Assembly: GCF_001194135.2 (NCBI RefSeq)
Contig: NC_068987.1
Span: 97,206,386 to 97,259,621, forward strand
Reading direction: 5' to 3'
DNA length: 53,236 nucleotides
From: Octopus bimaculoides
Taxonomy: Eukaryota
Of this stretch, positions 1 through 12,797 are shown one piece after another; within the stretch, counting starts at the first letter, position 1, and each line of letters begins with the position of its first letter. The notes under the pieces were generated by a model that saw only the letters and a list, made by a program, of their open reading frames with translations, was not told where the DNA came from and did no database searches. Both the position numbers and the translations under genes were made by a program.

Positions 1-2049
1 TATATATATATATATATATATTTGTGCTTATGTATAAAGAAAGGGAGAGCCGGAGAGACAGACAGAAAATCAGGCAGACAGAAGTCTTTCAGCGACGGAG
101 AATTTTAAATCACGTGATTAATCTATGTAAGCTAAACAGATATAAGAAATTATATGTAAATGTATCTATGAACAAAATTTGTTTATATTGATAATTGTGA
201 AGTGTGTAAAAAGAAATAAGTAACAGTGCAAGGGAAATAACTAATGACATTTAAGCGTCTTTGAAATACGTTGGTAAAAATAATTATAACGTATTAGTTT
301 TCGTAAATTTTGCTCGTTCAGTCTGACTTATGATGGCTGATCATTAATTTTGTCAGCCATTTCGAGTCACGTACGTGCAATGCAAAAACTATGGAAATTG
401 TCAGTAGTAATCACACATTTCTGAACGCTCGTTCAACCCGTTATCATCTTGAAATAATATCAGTAATTTCTCACTAAAACACAGGCCAAATTTTAATCAG
501 AGCTGTGCTATAAGTGATAGCGTAACCGAGGACCAAACATTTGATTTGGCAGATAATGCTCCATCGAGTTGGAAATTTTTGTAAGAAGAATGAAAAAGTG
601 TACATATATATTTGCAACAAAGTTACTGATGGATCTCAGATAAATAACAAGTTCGGATTTAAGATAAGGAAATCCTCTCTAGCAATCAAAGAATTGATGC
701 CTCTGAAACGAGAAAATTTTCTATAACTAGTAGACATTTTTTAATTTAGAAAGGTGTAAGTTTCAGGAAAATCTACAACTTCTAAACCTTTATAAGCTGG
801 AATTCTTGATCACTGTGAATTTCTGTCCAAATTCATGTACCATCGAGCTAGACTTTACAGTATAGAGAGAAATGTCTTTATAAGAGCGAAGCACATATTA
901 CAGACTCTTATCAGATAACATTACCAAAAAATATGGCTCTAACGCATATAATTCTATAAACGTTGAAGCTAAACACACTGTTACTTGCTTTTCCTCTTAC
1001 ACTATACATTAAACTTTAAAATTTCACACTCAATTTCACTTAACAACTCAAATAGCAGTTTAATCAACCCCACTCAAATTGAATTAGTCATAGTTCACAA
1101 GCGTAGTGTGGATTCCATTATACTAAGAACAAAAAACATTTCTTTCGCATTATGAAATAACTGTACAGCCATAATAGAATTGATTAGCAATATTAACGAC
1201 CAACGAAATTGAAAATTCACACAATTTAACATTTCTATAATTTGGTAATATTTCTATAATTTAGTACTTCGTTTCCTTCTTAGTTTCTTAACTTACGCCA
1301 ACAACGCCAGGGAAATTTGTGAATCTGACATTAAGATTATACAAGGAAATCGCTTGTTTTTCGATAATTCAACCTGGTTTAACCCACTCACCAAAAGAAA
1401 AAAAAATGTAGTCAAAGTGTTTTATATTTCCCTGGGATCCTACGGTAGTGTTGATTTATATGAAATTATCGGAATTTATATTTTGGCCTTTTGCATGAAA
1501 TATTTCCTATTTTGCGAGATTTTTTCCCGAGAAATGGACGAGTTTCTCGTTATATGAAAGATCACGAGATAAATTTAGAATGGGCTTTGTGGCTAAATAG
1601 TTCTAAGACGTACAACTTTGCATAGTTGATTTCTTTCAAATATTCAAAGTTAGAGACGAAAATCTGAAAGGCTTTTATTAGTAAATAAGGATTTGAACTA
1701 TGCCTGTTATTCTAAGAAATATAGTTCCTAATCGTAGCTTTGCAGATAAAATACAATACTCGACCAGCACCAATGTTTTCAGGTTTAAAAATATACCGAA
1801 AGAAATATTGTTATAAGTTCGCACATAAGATCAATATCCGTTCCTACTTAATCTCTTTTTATTTTCCAATCCATCATAAAATCCTAGATTTCATTAGCTG
1901 TTTAATAGCAATGAAATTAAGGTTAGCTATTCATGTTATTCCAGGACTCCACTTCCCTTACTTGTATTTCATTATCTGAAGCAACTGCCTCTAATTGGTA
2001 ATTCTGCTTCAAAGAAAAAAGTCTACGAAAATTGTAATATGTTCTTTTC

Positions 2050-2185
2050 TTTTCTACTCGAGGCACAAGGCCCGAAATTCTTTGGGGAGGAAGGCAGTCG
2101 ATTAGATCGACCCCAGTGTGCAACTGGTACTTAATTTATCGACCCCGAAAGAATGAAAGGCAAAATCGACCTCGGCGGAATTGAA
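2050..2185 (-). mobile_element. Nin/Deu-domain-like SINE, partial
   Basis: Reverse complement carries the gccgaggtcga...ctttcat.ctttcggggtcgataaattaagtaccag body and tail type A. Confidence 0.75.
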
Positions 2186-2639
2186 AATTGTAATATATTG
2201 TTTTTCCTCTTCCGATTTTAAAGACTGACACTTTGACTGCTTTCCCTTGTGCTTTAATTACTTTTTTACGAACAAACAAATATATAGTTTTTTCGTGTAT
2301 ACATGATCATCTTCTGAGGAATACCACATTGCTTTGAATAAAATATTCTACTCCATATCATTCTTCTAAGCGATAACTCTCCTAATTTTCAAACTAAGAT
2401 TCTATCATAAACCAGTGATATCGCTTTGTTATTTCCTGTCAGTGAACCAGCCTTTTCTATGATATGCAAACGTTTTTGCAGTAGGTTAATTGTAGTGTAA
2501 ATTACATGTTCTGTTTTTCACAATCGTCTGAATATCGGCAGCAAGACACTCCACGTAACTTTTTATAATCACTATACTTTCTGTATTGAGTACTCGGTTT
2601 TATTTCTCTTGCTCATTCTTAAGTGCTTGCCTTTCTGCT

Positions 2640-2689
2640 TGCCTTCTCTCTCTCACTCCCTCTCTTTCTTTCTCTCTCTCTCTCTCTCA

Positions 2690-2745
<56 letters not shown>

Positions 2746-3422
2746 GTGTATGTATGTGTATGTGCGCATGCGTGTGTCCGCGGGTGTGCGTGTGTGTGTG
2801 TGCGTGCGTGCATGTGTATGTGTGTACGTATGTGTGCGTTTGTGCGTATTTGTGGGTACGCGTGTATCTGCATTTACGTCCATATATGCATGAGAGTTTG
2901 TGTATGTGTATGTGTGCATCCATGTATATATGATAATTGACATAGACCGTCAGACACAAAACACAGAACAGCTGCCATATTTGTACACACGGGAAGCCCT
3001 CTCCTGTGTGGTAGGTAGTATGTGTGCTATGTTTAGTAAACCCTATAATATTGATTCTGTTATTTCGACCCCTACATTATTAATACAAAATGTCAATACA
3101 TGTTCACTGTTTTAAATATCATTTTACTATTTAGTTTTCCCTTCAGGCTATGTTTACCTTGTTATGTATCTATGTGTTTGTGCACGTGTGTAGCTGTGTG
3201 TATGTGTGTAGCTGTGTATATGTGTGTAGCTGTGTCTCTCTGTGAGTGTAATTCTATGTGTCTGTGTATGTATATATGTGGGCATGTATATGTCGATGTC
3301 TGTGTACACGTGCTTGTGCACGTGTGCACGTGTTATATATCTATGTCTTTGTGCACGTGTGTAGCTGTGTGTCTGTGTGTGTGAGACGCTATGTGTCTTT
3401 GTATATATATATATATATATAT
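2640..3422. repeat. Compound (CT)n(TA)n(TG)n microsatellite field
   Basis: Directly visible. Similar fields occur at 8940-9195, 9430-9900, 10080-10940, 28084-28208, 45020-45175, 49060-49800 and 51930-52100. Confidence 0.95.
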
Positions 3423-4186
3423 NNNNNNNNNNNNNNNNNNNNNNNNNNNNNNNNNNNNNNNNNNNNNNNNNNNNNNNNNNNNNNNNNNNNNNNNNNNNNN
3501 NNNNNNNNNNNNNNNNNNNNNNNNNNNNNNNNNNNNNNNNNNNNNNNNNNNNNNNNNNNNNNNNNNNNNNNNNNNNNNNNNNNNNNNNNNNNNNNNNNNN
3601 NNNNNNNNNNNNNNNNNNNNNNNNNNNNNNNNNNNNNNNNNNNNNNNNNNNNNNNNNNNNNNNNNNNNNNNNNNNNNNNNNNNNNNNNNNNNNNNNNNNN
3701 NNNNNNNNNNNNNNNNNNNNNNNNNNNNNNNNNNNNNNNNNNNNNNNNNNNNNNNNNNNNNNNNNNNNNNNNNNNNNNNNNNNNNNNNNNNNNNNNNNNN
3801 NNNNNNNNNNNNNNNNNNNNNNNNNNNNNNNNNNNNNNNNNNNNNNNNNNNNNNNNNNNNNNNNNNNNNNNNNNNNNNNNNNNNNNNNNNNNNNNNNNNN
3901 NNNNNNNNNNNNNNNNNNNNNNNNNNNNNNNNNNNNNNNNNNNNNNNNNNNNNNNNNNNNNNNNNNNNNNNNNNNNNNNNNNNNNNNNNNNNNNNNNNNN
4001 NNNNNNNNNNNNNNNNNNNNNNNNNNNNNNNNNNNNNNNNNNNNNNNNNNNNNNNNNNNNNNNNNNNNNNNNNNNNNNNNNNNNNNNNNNNNNNNNNNNN
4101 NNNNNNNNNNNNNNNNNNNNNNNNNNNNNNNNNNNNNNNNNNNNNNNNNNNNNNNNNNNNNNNNNNNNNNNNNNNNNNNNNNNNNN

Positions 4187-4221
<35 letters not shown>

Positions 4222-4545
4222 GTATGTATATGTGGATGTTTGTGTATATTCATGTGAAAGTCTTTGTGCTCGTGTGCACATGTGTATAGACATGTGTACG
4301 TGCATGTGGTATGGTATATTGCGTATGTGTACGTGAATATGTATGTGTACATGTATGTTGTATGATGTATGGTGAGAGTGTAGTTGTTATGTTGTGAAAA
4401 CGAAACGTTGATTCTGACACCTTGCCCGACCAGAAATCCTTCTTCTGTCCATCATCAACGTTCCTCGCATTATACAAGATTTTTATTTCATCGGTCGCCA
4501 CCTTAGTATAATCCTCATTAAACACTGCTGCTGCTGCTGCTGCTG

Positions 4546-4599
<54 letters not shown>

Positions 4600-4620
4600 T
4601 ACTGCTGCTGCTGCTGCTGC

Positions 4621-4656
<36 letters not shown>

Positions 4657-5436
4657 CACCACCACCACCACCANNNNNNNNNNNNNNNNNNNNNNNNNNN
4701 NNNNNNNNNNNNNNNNNNNNNNNNNNNNNNNNNNNNNNNNNNNNNNNNNNNNNNNNNNNNNNNNNNNNNNNNNNNNNNNNNNNNNNNNNNNNNNNNNNNN
4801 NNNNNNNNNNNNNNNNNNNNNNNNNNNNNNNNNNNNNNNNNNNNNNNNNNNNNNNNNNNNNNNNNNNNNNNNNNNNNNNNNNNNNNNNNNNNNNNNNNNN
4901 NNNNNNNNNNNNNNNNNNNNNNNNNNNNNNNNNNNNNNNNNNNNNNNNNNNNNNNNNNNNNNNNNNNNNNNNNNNNNNNNNNNNNNNNNNNNNNNNNNNN
5001 NNNNNNNNNNNNNNNNNNNNNNNNNNNNNNNNNNNNNNNNNNNNNNNNNNNNNNNNNNNNNNNNNNNNNNNNNNNNNNNNNNNNNNNNNNNNNNNNNNNN
5101 NNNNNNNNNNNNNNNNNNNNNNNNNNNNNNNNNNNNNNNNNNNNNNNNNNNNNNNNNNNNNNNNNNNNNNNNNNNNNNNNNNNNNNNNNNNNNNNNNNNN
5201 NNNNNNNNNNNNNNNNNNNNNNNNNNNNNNNNNNNNNNNNNNNNNNNNNNNNNNNNNNNNNNNNNNNNNNNNNNNNNNNNNNNNNNNNNNNNNNNNNNNN
5301 NNNNNNNNNNNNNNNNNNNNNNNNNNNNNNNNNNNNNNNNNNNNNNNNNNNNNNNNNNNNNNNNNNNNNNNNNNNNNNNNNNNNNNNNNNNNNNNNNNNN
5401 NNNNNNNNNNNNNNNNNNNNNNNNNNNNNNNNNNNN

Positions 5437-5590
5437 AGTAACCTAGCGGTTCGGCAAAAGAGACCGATAGAATAAGTACTAGGCTTACAAAGAATAAGTC
5501 CTGGGGTCGATTTGCTCGACTAAAGGCGGTGCTCCAGCATGGCCACAGTCAAATGACTGAAACAAGTAAAAGAGTAAAAGAGTAAAAATG
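5437..5590 (+). mobile_element. CORE-like SINE tail ending in (GAGTAAAA)n
   Basis: agcggttcggcaaaagagaccgatagaataagtactaggcttac...aaatgactgaaacaagtaaaagagtaaaagagtaaaa. Confidence 0.75.
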
Positions 5591-5597
5591 AGTAATA

Positions 5598-5765
5598 ATG
5601 ATAATAATAACAACATCGAAAAATACCTTAAGAACGATAATCCAGGTTCGAAATTTCCCCAAGACACCTGATGAAGGCTGGAGGGTATATCAGACGAAAC
5701 GTTGTGTTAACAACAAACAAGGTGAGGACAAATATCCGTCAATTGTAAATAATGTAAATATATAT
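5598..5765 (+). mobile_element. Penelope-like terminal repeat, same family as 30656-30835, without the tRNA head
   Basis: Near-identical to the reverse complement of 30690-30840 and begins with an (AAT)n stretch. Confidence 0.7.
5663..5708 (+). ncRNA. Minimal type I hammerhead ribozyme-like motif
   Basis: gACAC-CTGATGA-a-GGCTG(gagggtatat)CAGAC-GAA-ACGT-T-GTGTt. Helix I ACAC/GTGT, helix II with one mismatch, palindromic ACGT helix III, GUU cleavage triplet. There is an extra A after the core. Confidence 0.55.
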
Positions 5766-5784
5766 TTGTTTCAAATTTTGATAC

Positions 5785-6548
5785 AAGACCATCGACTCCA
5801 GTGCTCAACTGGTACGGCGGAATTTGAACTCAAAACATAAAGACGGACGAAATGTCGCTAAGCATTTTGCCCAGCGTGCTAACGACTCTGCCAGCTCACC
5901 GCCTAACATATAAAAATATATTGATTTCAAATTTAGGATCAAGTCCAGCAATATCGGGGAGGGGGTATGTCGATTACATCGACCCCAGTGCACAACTGCT
6001 ACTTATAATAATCGACCCCGAAATGTTGAAAGGCAACATCAATTCCGGTAGAATTTGAACTAATAACGTAAAGATGATCGAAATGCTGCTAAGCATTTTG
6101 CCTGGCCTGCTAATGATCCTTTTCTACTCTAAGCACAAGGTCCGAAATTTTTTTTTTGCGGGGGTGGGGTGGGGCAGTCGATTAGTACACAACTGGTACT
6201 TAATTTTTCGACCCCAAAAGGATGAAATGCAAAGTCGACCTCGGTGGAATTTGAACTCAGAACGTAGTGACGGGCGAAATACCTCTAAGCATTTCGCCCG
6301 GCATGCTAACGATTCTCATTTCTTTATTGCCCACAAGGGGCTAAACATAGAGGGAACAAACAAGGACAGACGAACGGATTGAGTCGATTACATCGACCCC
6401 AGTGCGTAACTGGCACTCAATTTATCGACCCCGAAAGGATGAAAGGCAAAGTCGACCGCGGCGGAATTTGAACTCAGAACGCAGTGGCAGACGAAATACC
6501 GCTAAGCATTTCGCCCGGCGTGCTAACGATTCTGCTAGCTCGACACCT
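5785..6548 (-). mobile_element. Tandem array of four Nin/Deu-domain-like tRNA SINEs
   Basis: Repeated ggcagaatcgttagcacg...gagttcaaattccgcc...gtcgataaa units at about 5785-5905, 5925-6115, 6120-6315 and 6316-6548. Confidence 0.8.
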
Positions 6549-6733
6549 TAACTCATACAAATATATATTAGCATATTGCTTACATTTCTCCGTTCTACAC
6601 TATTTTCTACATTTTCAGTCTTTCTCAGATCTGCGTACTCTCAATATTGTAAGTAATCTTTGAAACTAAAATGTTTTAATAGGTTTTGTGTTAGTATTGC
6701 AATAAACTAATAAACTATAGCCAAGCGTTTCAG

Positions 6734-7873
6734 TCATGTCTGTCATGAAGATTTCTCAGCTAAGTTGTTCATCTAAGAAAACTAGCTTTCTTTACCTCTT
6801 GGATTGGGAGAATCTTGTTTGAGTGCTGCACCGGAAGTGGTGTGGACGGGATTGTACCCAACTATGGAGGTCACGATTAGCTTTACGGAACAAGTCTTAC
6901 CCACCACTCCTCAGCTAAAATGATTCAATAAAACGATCCCTGCAAACAAAAGAACCTCAATCCCAGCACTCCTTTTCTTTGTCTAAATTTACATCGTGCA
7001 CGCAGCAACGCCTCTCTAAGACTCCTCCTTTCAAACTCACCTGCCTCACAATCACGTGCACATAGTGCAAGTAAATACTTATAGATGTCTTGCTGCTACT
7101 CGAAAACTAAGCTCTCGATCTGGTCTCTCTATCGTCATCAAACTTTGCGTTAAGTGTTTTACCATTAAACTAAACTGCCCATACACATACACATGCATTC
7201 ACAAACGCACACATACACACACACACACACACACCCACACACACCCACACCCACACCCAAACATATAAGTTCCACCCCAAATTATTTAACATCATTATCC
7301 CTGACACACGACTTGTCTTTCACTCTTCCCACAGATCAAAAATGATGGCGACAGTAGTAAGACCTTGTCACAGCGAATCCTTAATCTTGCTTTTTAACTC
7401 AGTGAAAGCAGTTCCCTTTAATCATCTGTCTGTCTAGTGTATCACGCTTGATACACAGGACATATTTCACTGACACCCAAGCATCATATATGACGTACAT
7501 TCCCATTTTTTTTCAATCACCGGAGTAACTTGTGACTGACGAAAGGTACGTTTTATATTACACAGAGCATGTGAAAGACGTGCTTACTAAAAGTCTGAAA
7601 AGAAACATGGACGTTTAAGATTGGTGAAATTTCCGTAGATCCACCGAGGGCCATCTTTTCACACCGTACATGGGATGTTTCTTGGTTTTGAAAGCTTTGT
7701 CGAAACCACTGACATTGTCCCTAAAATGAGGAATTTCCCATCATGTCTGGCACGAGGATTTCTTAGCTAATTTGGTCATTTGAGAAAACTAGCTTTCTGT
7801 ATGCATTCCTTGGACTGGAAGAATCTTCTTTGAGTGCCCCATCGGAAAATGTTTTGACGGGGCTGTACCCGAT
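6734..7873. repeat. Two diverged direct copies (6734-6862 and 7741-7873) of an unidentified ~130-bp interspersed repeat
   Basis: tcatgtctg.ca.ga.gatttct.agctaa...gaaaactagctttct...ttgga.tgg.agaatctt.tttgagtgc...gacggg..tgtaccc is present in both. Confidence 0.55.
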
Positions 7874-8051
7874 TCCCATTCTATTTACTCTAGCAAAACG
7901 GGAATTCGGCTACATCCCACATTCTCTCTTCCTACTGTGATTAAACAATCCGTTTGCTGTAACTGCCACTCTCTATCTTAGTCTCTATGTCTCATCCTCT
8001 CTTTCTCTCTCTCTCTCTCTATGTCTCATCCTCTCTCTCTATCTCTTTGAG

Positions 8052-8830
8052 AAAACTGTCCTCTAAGAAGCGAAATAACACTGTCGAAACTTGCTGACTG
8101 GAGGGTTAGACTATATGAAAGAATTTGACTCTGTTTCTGACTCATCAATAACAGAGTCACTACGTCTTGCTAAGGTTCCGACTATTAAAAACAATACCAT
8201 TAAGAAGCTAACAAAAATATGGTTTACGAAGCTATCTTTAAAAACTGAAACACCCTCTAAATTCTCTGACAGACTTCGGCTATCAACAGAATATTTTAAG
8301 GTGGCAGCTTATTTTTTATGAATTTTGTACTAGTAGTGGTACGCTTGTCAGCCTTGTTACGATAGGATTTGAAGATGGAAGATAGATTAATGTCACCTAC
8401 ACCTTTTGTTGATGAAACTTCAGCTGTACTTGCATGATATTCACAACACCAAGAGACAGTTAAGAGTAATTACGACATTCTCTCAGAAGATAGGAATGGA
8501 GTTTGGTCAGGACAAGTGTTCGTATCCGGTAGTTTAAATAAGGAAAGATTATCTACCAGGCAATGAATACAGATACCAATGACCTGTCTGTCCTTTTTAT
8601 AACCACCTAGCTGCTCTTTAGTCACCACATTGAGTTTTGTATTGTGTCTGGAGGAATGCATTCAAGCAACCTGTGTAAGATTTATACAAACCATTCAAGA
8701 AGGCTATGGGTTTATAGCATTTGCCATTTGCATCTTCTGCTTTTTAGTTACTAGTGTTGTTCATTCAACTGCCAAACATACTGTTAGGTCTTTCCCAGAT
8801 GATTTTCTGTTCTGTAGTTTTATTATTTAT
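8052..8830. mobile_element. Degenerate R4/Dong-like reverse transcriptase fragment with an internal inversion
   Basis: Plus strand 8052-8530: KTVL*EAK*HCRNLLTGGLDYMKEFDSV...RIF*GGSL...FVDE...FSQKIGMEFGQDKC. Minus strand 8830-8550: KPIAFLNGLYKSYTGCLN...NVVTKEQLGGYKK...CLVDN. Confidence 0.7.
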
Positions 8831-8937
8831 TATTTCCAATGGCCTTGGAAACAAACGAGAATATTGCATATGTTGTAGGAAAAAATCGTTCACAAAGTTT
8901 CTGAAGTGTTTCTACTGTTGTTTTGCCCGAAGTTGAG

Positions 8938-8974
<37 letters not shown>

Positions 8975-8988
8975 CGTGTATACATACA

Positions 8989-9057
<69 letters not shown>

Positions 9058-9064
9058 TATGTAA

Positions 9065-9101
<37 letters not shown>

Positions 9102-9197
9102 ATATATATGCATATGTATACACACACATATAGATAGATAGATAGATAGATAGATATATAGATAGATATATATATAGATAGATAGATAGATACACAA

Positions 9198-9430
9198 AGC
9201 GGCGAGCTAGCAGAAACGTTAGCACGCTGGGCGAAATGCTTCGCGGTATTTCGCCTGCCGCTACGTTCTGAGTTCAAATTCTGTCGAGGTCGACTTTGCC
9301 TTTCATCCTTTCGGGGTCGATAAATTAAGTACCAGTTATGCACTGGGGTCGATGTAATCGCTTTAAACCCTTTGTCTGTCCTTGTTTGACCCCCTCTATG
9401 TTTAGCCCCTTGTGGGCAATAAAGAAATAA
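9198..9430 (+). mobile_element. Full-length Nin/Deu-domain-like tRNA SINE, tail B
   Basis: Head with A-box-like tagcagaaacg and B box gagttcaaattc, central domain, tail ...tgtttagccccttgtgggcaataaagaaataa. Confidence 0.85.
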
Positions 9431-9489
9431 GTTAGATAGATAGATAGATACATACATACATACATATAACTATACTTACACAAGCATAG

Positions 9490-9557
<68 letters not shown>

Positions 9558-9804
9558 GTACAGCTGCTACTTAGTACATATGCTAACATACACAAGCACA
9601 TGCACACACATGTACATGGAGAGAGAAGAGACAGGGAGAAAGAGATGTAGGGGGTTGGAGAGAGATAAGGAGGCAGATTTTTGAGTATGTGTGTGTATGT
9701 CTGCGTATTTCATGTACATATACATATAGGTATGTATATATGTATATAAATATATGTATATATGCACATGTACATACGTACATATATATATATGTATGTG
9801 TATG

Positions 9805-9847
<43 letters not shown>

Positions 9848-10270
9848 CTATGTATATATATGTATGAATGTATGTATGTATATATGTGTGTATATATGTA
9901 TTTTGATTGGCATTTCTGTAGCTGTGCCAAGCTCAATCCCCAGCTGTAGTCACTGCAGAGATGGTACAGCGGTGACGTGTTAAATCCCTGTGCCATCACC
10001 GAATCGTTGTCTCTATTTGTGGACAAACATTTCTCAGTCTTTTGTTTAACATGTTAAGGGAATGTCAGAGACAGGGCCACATGTGGACACATACGCACAC
10101 ACTCGTACACCATTACGATATAGGCATACGTATACACTCATGTATAAATGTATACACACATATACACACATACTTACATCATAGAGCTGCACAAATCCAC
10201 TCATTAACACTCCAACGCATATACATTCATATACAAACATACATACGTACATACACGCACATAAAATACA

Positions 10271-10315
<45 letters not shown>

Positions 10316-10369
10316 ATATATATATATATATAAACACGTACATATATATATACATATAGACACACACAT

Positions 10370-10402
<33 letters not shown>

Positions 10403-11158
10403 CATATATATATATATAACACATATATATATACCTACACACACACACATATATATATACATATATATATATACACACGTATATATATGCACACACACAC
10501 ACACATGTACCTTTATATACATATGTATATACGCATATATTTGCTACTATGTGTATATATGTACATGCACACGCATATATTCATATATTCAACAGGTAGA
10601 GACATTGCATGAGTGTATGCGTGTATGTATATTTATATGTATATATCATTGTATATATATATGTATGTATACACACACATACACACACACATATGTATGT
10701 ATGTATGTATATATGTATGCATGTATGTATGGCTGTAGACGTGGATGTGTTACAGTAAGAACATAAGTGGTAAACGGATTGCATGTACGCGCCCACACAC
10801 GCACACACATACACACTCACACACACACACACACACACACATACACACTCACACACACATGCACACACACACACACACACATACTCACTCATTCATTCAT
10901 TCACTCACTCATTCACTTCCTCTGCCACACACGTACACACACAATCTTCGGAAACCTCAAACTTTTCAGCAGATTTTATGAGAATATGCACAGGGTTCAT
11001 AACACACCTTAGAAATACTGCATTGTAGAATATTAACATTTTACCATGTAATAAAATAAATATTAGCACGATGGAATTATAGTGTAGTAGAATAGTGGAA
11101 TAAGAAGATGGTCGAATAATAGTTTTGCAGAAATGATATATCAGAGGCGAATACATAC

Positions 11159-11234
11159 GTGCTGTTGTCGTTGTTAATGTAGTCCTCCAACTGGGTGAAA
11201 TCCAAACCTTCATTTTCGAACCCAACTTCATTGC
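11159..11234 (-). CDS. MYRF: Internal coding exon, probably exon 2 of myelin regulatory factor (N-terminal acidic segment)
   Basis: Minus strand reads ttattatttatacatttttcag|GC AAT GAA GTT...AAC AGC AC|gtatgt: canonical acceptor and donor, 76 nt = 2+72+2, no stop codon. Peptide (G)NEVGFENEGLDFTQLEDYINNDNS(T) resembles, from memory, the N-terminal 'DFxQLE(D/E)(F/Y)I' segment of invertebrate MYRF. Phases 1 and 2 match what I recall for vertebrate MYRF exon 2. Neighbouring exons were not found. Confidence 0.7.
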
Positions 11235-11248
11235 CTGAAAAATGTATA

Positions 11249-11284
<36 letters not shown>

Positions 11285-11327
11285 GATAGGAGAGTATTGT
11301 AGTTCGCTTGAAGCATTGTGTATTGTG

Positions 11328-11547
11328 TGTAAAGAATAAAAAGTTTTGAATGGTATAAGTTTTGAATGCACTATAATACAAAAAATGGACTATATACCTG
11401 TTAGCGACTCCATCTAAGAATATCTGAAAAATGAACTGTATTCCGGAATATCATCGGACTATAAATAACTAAATTACAACAGGTATATAGTGCATTTTTT
11501 GTATTATAGTGCATTTTTGTACCATTCAAAACTTTTTATTCTTTACA
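11328..11547. repeat. Hairpin/foldback with ~70-bp inverted arms and a ~75-bp spacer
   Basis: 11328-11402 (tgtaaagaataaaaagttttgaatggta...tgcactataatacaaaaaa...actatatacctgtt) pairs with 11478-11547. Confidence 0.75.
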
Positions 11548-11810
11548 ATAATAATAATAACAATGATAATAATAATAAAGATTATAATCATCGTATTCGT
11601 CGTCATCATCATCATCATCATCGTCCTCGTCGTCGTTTTCGTCATCGTCGTCATCATAATCATCATCATCATCACCATCACCATCTTCATCATCATCGTC
11701 ATTGTCATCATAATCATCATCGTCATCGTCATCATAATCATCATCGTCATCGTCATCATCGTCCTCATGGTCGTCGTCGTCGTCGCCATCATCATCATCA
11801 TCATCATCAT
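11548..11810. repeat. (AAT)n/(CAT/CGT)n trinucleotide microsatellite
   Basis: Directly visible. It generates the spurious poly-His, poly-Asp, poly-Met and poly-Ile ORFs. Confidence 0.95.
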
Positions 11811-11919
11811 GCACTCCCGAGTAAACAATCTGCTTAAAATACATCCAAATTTTTCCCAGATTTCTCCAAAGTTTCTGTAAAACAAAAATATCGGGATCGC
11901 ACATTCATTATACCACGTT

Positions 11920-12115
11920 TCGCAGAATCGTTAGCTCGCCGGGCAAAATGCTTACGGCATTTTGTCCGTTTTTACGTTCTGAGGTTCATATTCCACCAGG
12001 GCTGGCTTTGCCTTTCATCATTTCTGGGTCGATAAAATAAGTACCAGTTGAGCACTGGGGTCAACTTACCCCCTCCTCTGAAACTGCTGGTCTTGTTCCA
12101 AAACTTGAAAGCAAT
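11920..12115 (+). mobile_element. Decayed Nin/Deu-like SINE
   Basis: gcagaatcgttagc...gctttgcctttcatcatttctgggtcgataaaataagtaccag. Confidence 0.7.
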
Positions 12116-12261
12116 ATAAATAGAGACACATTGAACAACGTAGTCCCAAATTTCTTTAGATATATAGGATGGTCACGGTTGGTGTGACCTTGATCAAATA
12201 TCTACTCGCTCGATGATGGTCTGGGTCTAAACAACAAAAACGTTTGTGAATTATAGAATCT

Positions 12262-12555
12262 CTTATTTCTTGCCTGCTACTTGCGTCAGTCTTTGGGCTG
12301 CGGCCATGCTGGGGCACCGAATATCAAGTGATAGTGGGGGACAAACGCAACACAAACACACAAATAGATGTATAACTTTCTCATACATATGTTTATATAT
12401 ACATATACGTACATGACGGGCTTCCATAAAGTTTCCGTCCATCAAATTCACTCTCAAGGAATCGGTTGGCCCGGGCCTATAAGACACTTATCTAAGGTGC
12501 CACGCAGTGGGACTGAAACCAAAACTACGTGGTTGTGAAGTGAGCTTCTTAACTA
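12262..12555 (-). mobile_element. CORE-like tRNA SINE, internally deleted tail
   Basis: tgctacttgcgtcagtctttgggctgcggccatgctgg...gacgggcttccataaagtttccgtcc...ggtgccacgcagtgggactgaaacc. Confidence 0.65.
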
Positions 12556-12797
12556 CAGAGGCATTGGGATATACTTAAAATGGCGGATTTTACTCAAGGC
12601 TGAATAACTGAAGTAAGCTAAGTTGGCAGTATTTTCAGCAGTAGTATTGAAATGAACGATTGAACAGAGAGAGGAACATACTAGATATTGTCTGAGATAT
12701 AAGTATCTAAAAATAAGATAAAATAAAATAAAACAAAACTGGATGATCGTTGTTAAAATGTCTTTGATTAGAATGCCTCTCCTAGTTTTTGACTCAC

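Noticed and set aside
300-1750. Possible DNA-transposon arm remnants
   Set aside because: No TIR pair, TSD or transposase frame could be identified from the sequence alone.
2586-4352. Many long ORFs of the YIYI/CVCV/HTHT type, and ORFs running through X stretches
   Set aside because: They are translations of dinucleotide microsatellites and N-gaps. The same applies to nearly all ORFs in the track.
4380-4525. Minus-strand frame FNEDYTKVATDEIKILYNARNVDDGQKKDFWSGK as a next MYRF exon
   Set aside because: No pyrimidine-rich acceptor (preceded by (GCA/GTA)n), only a weak donor, and no MYRF resemblance.
7520-7600. Additional hammerhead (CTGACGA at about 7535)
   Set aside because: No pairing helix II followed by GAAA, and no helix I could be built.
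11490-11904. Poly-His, poly-Asp, poly-Met and poly-Ile ORFs
   Set aside because: A (CAT)n microsatellite open in several frames on both strands, with no splice or homology support.
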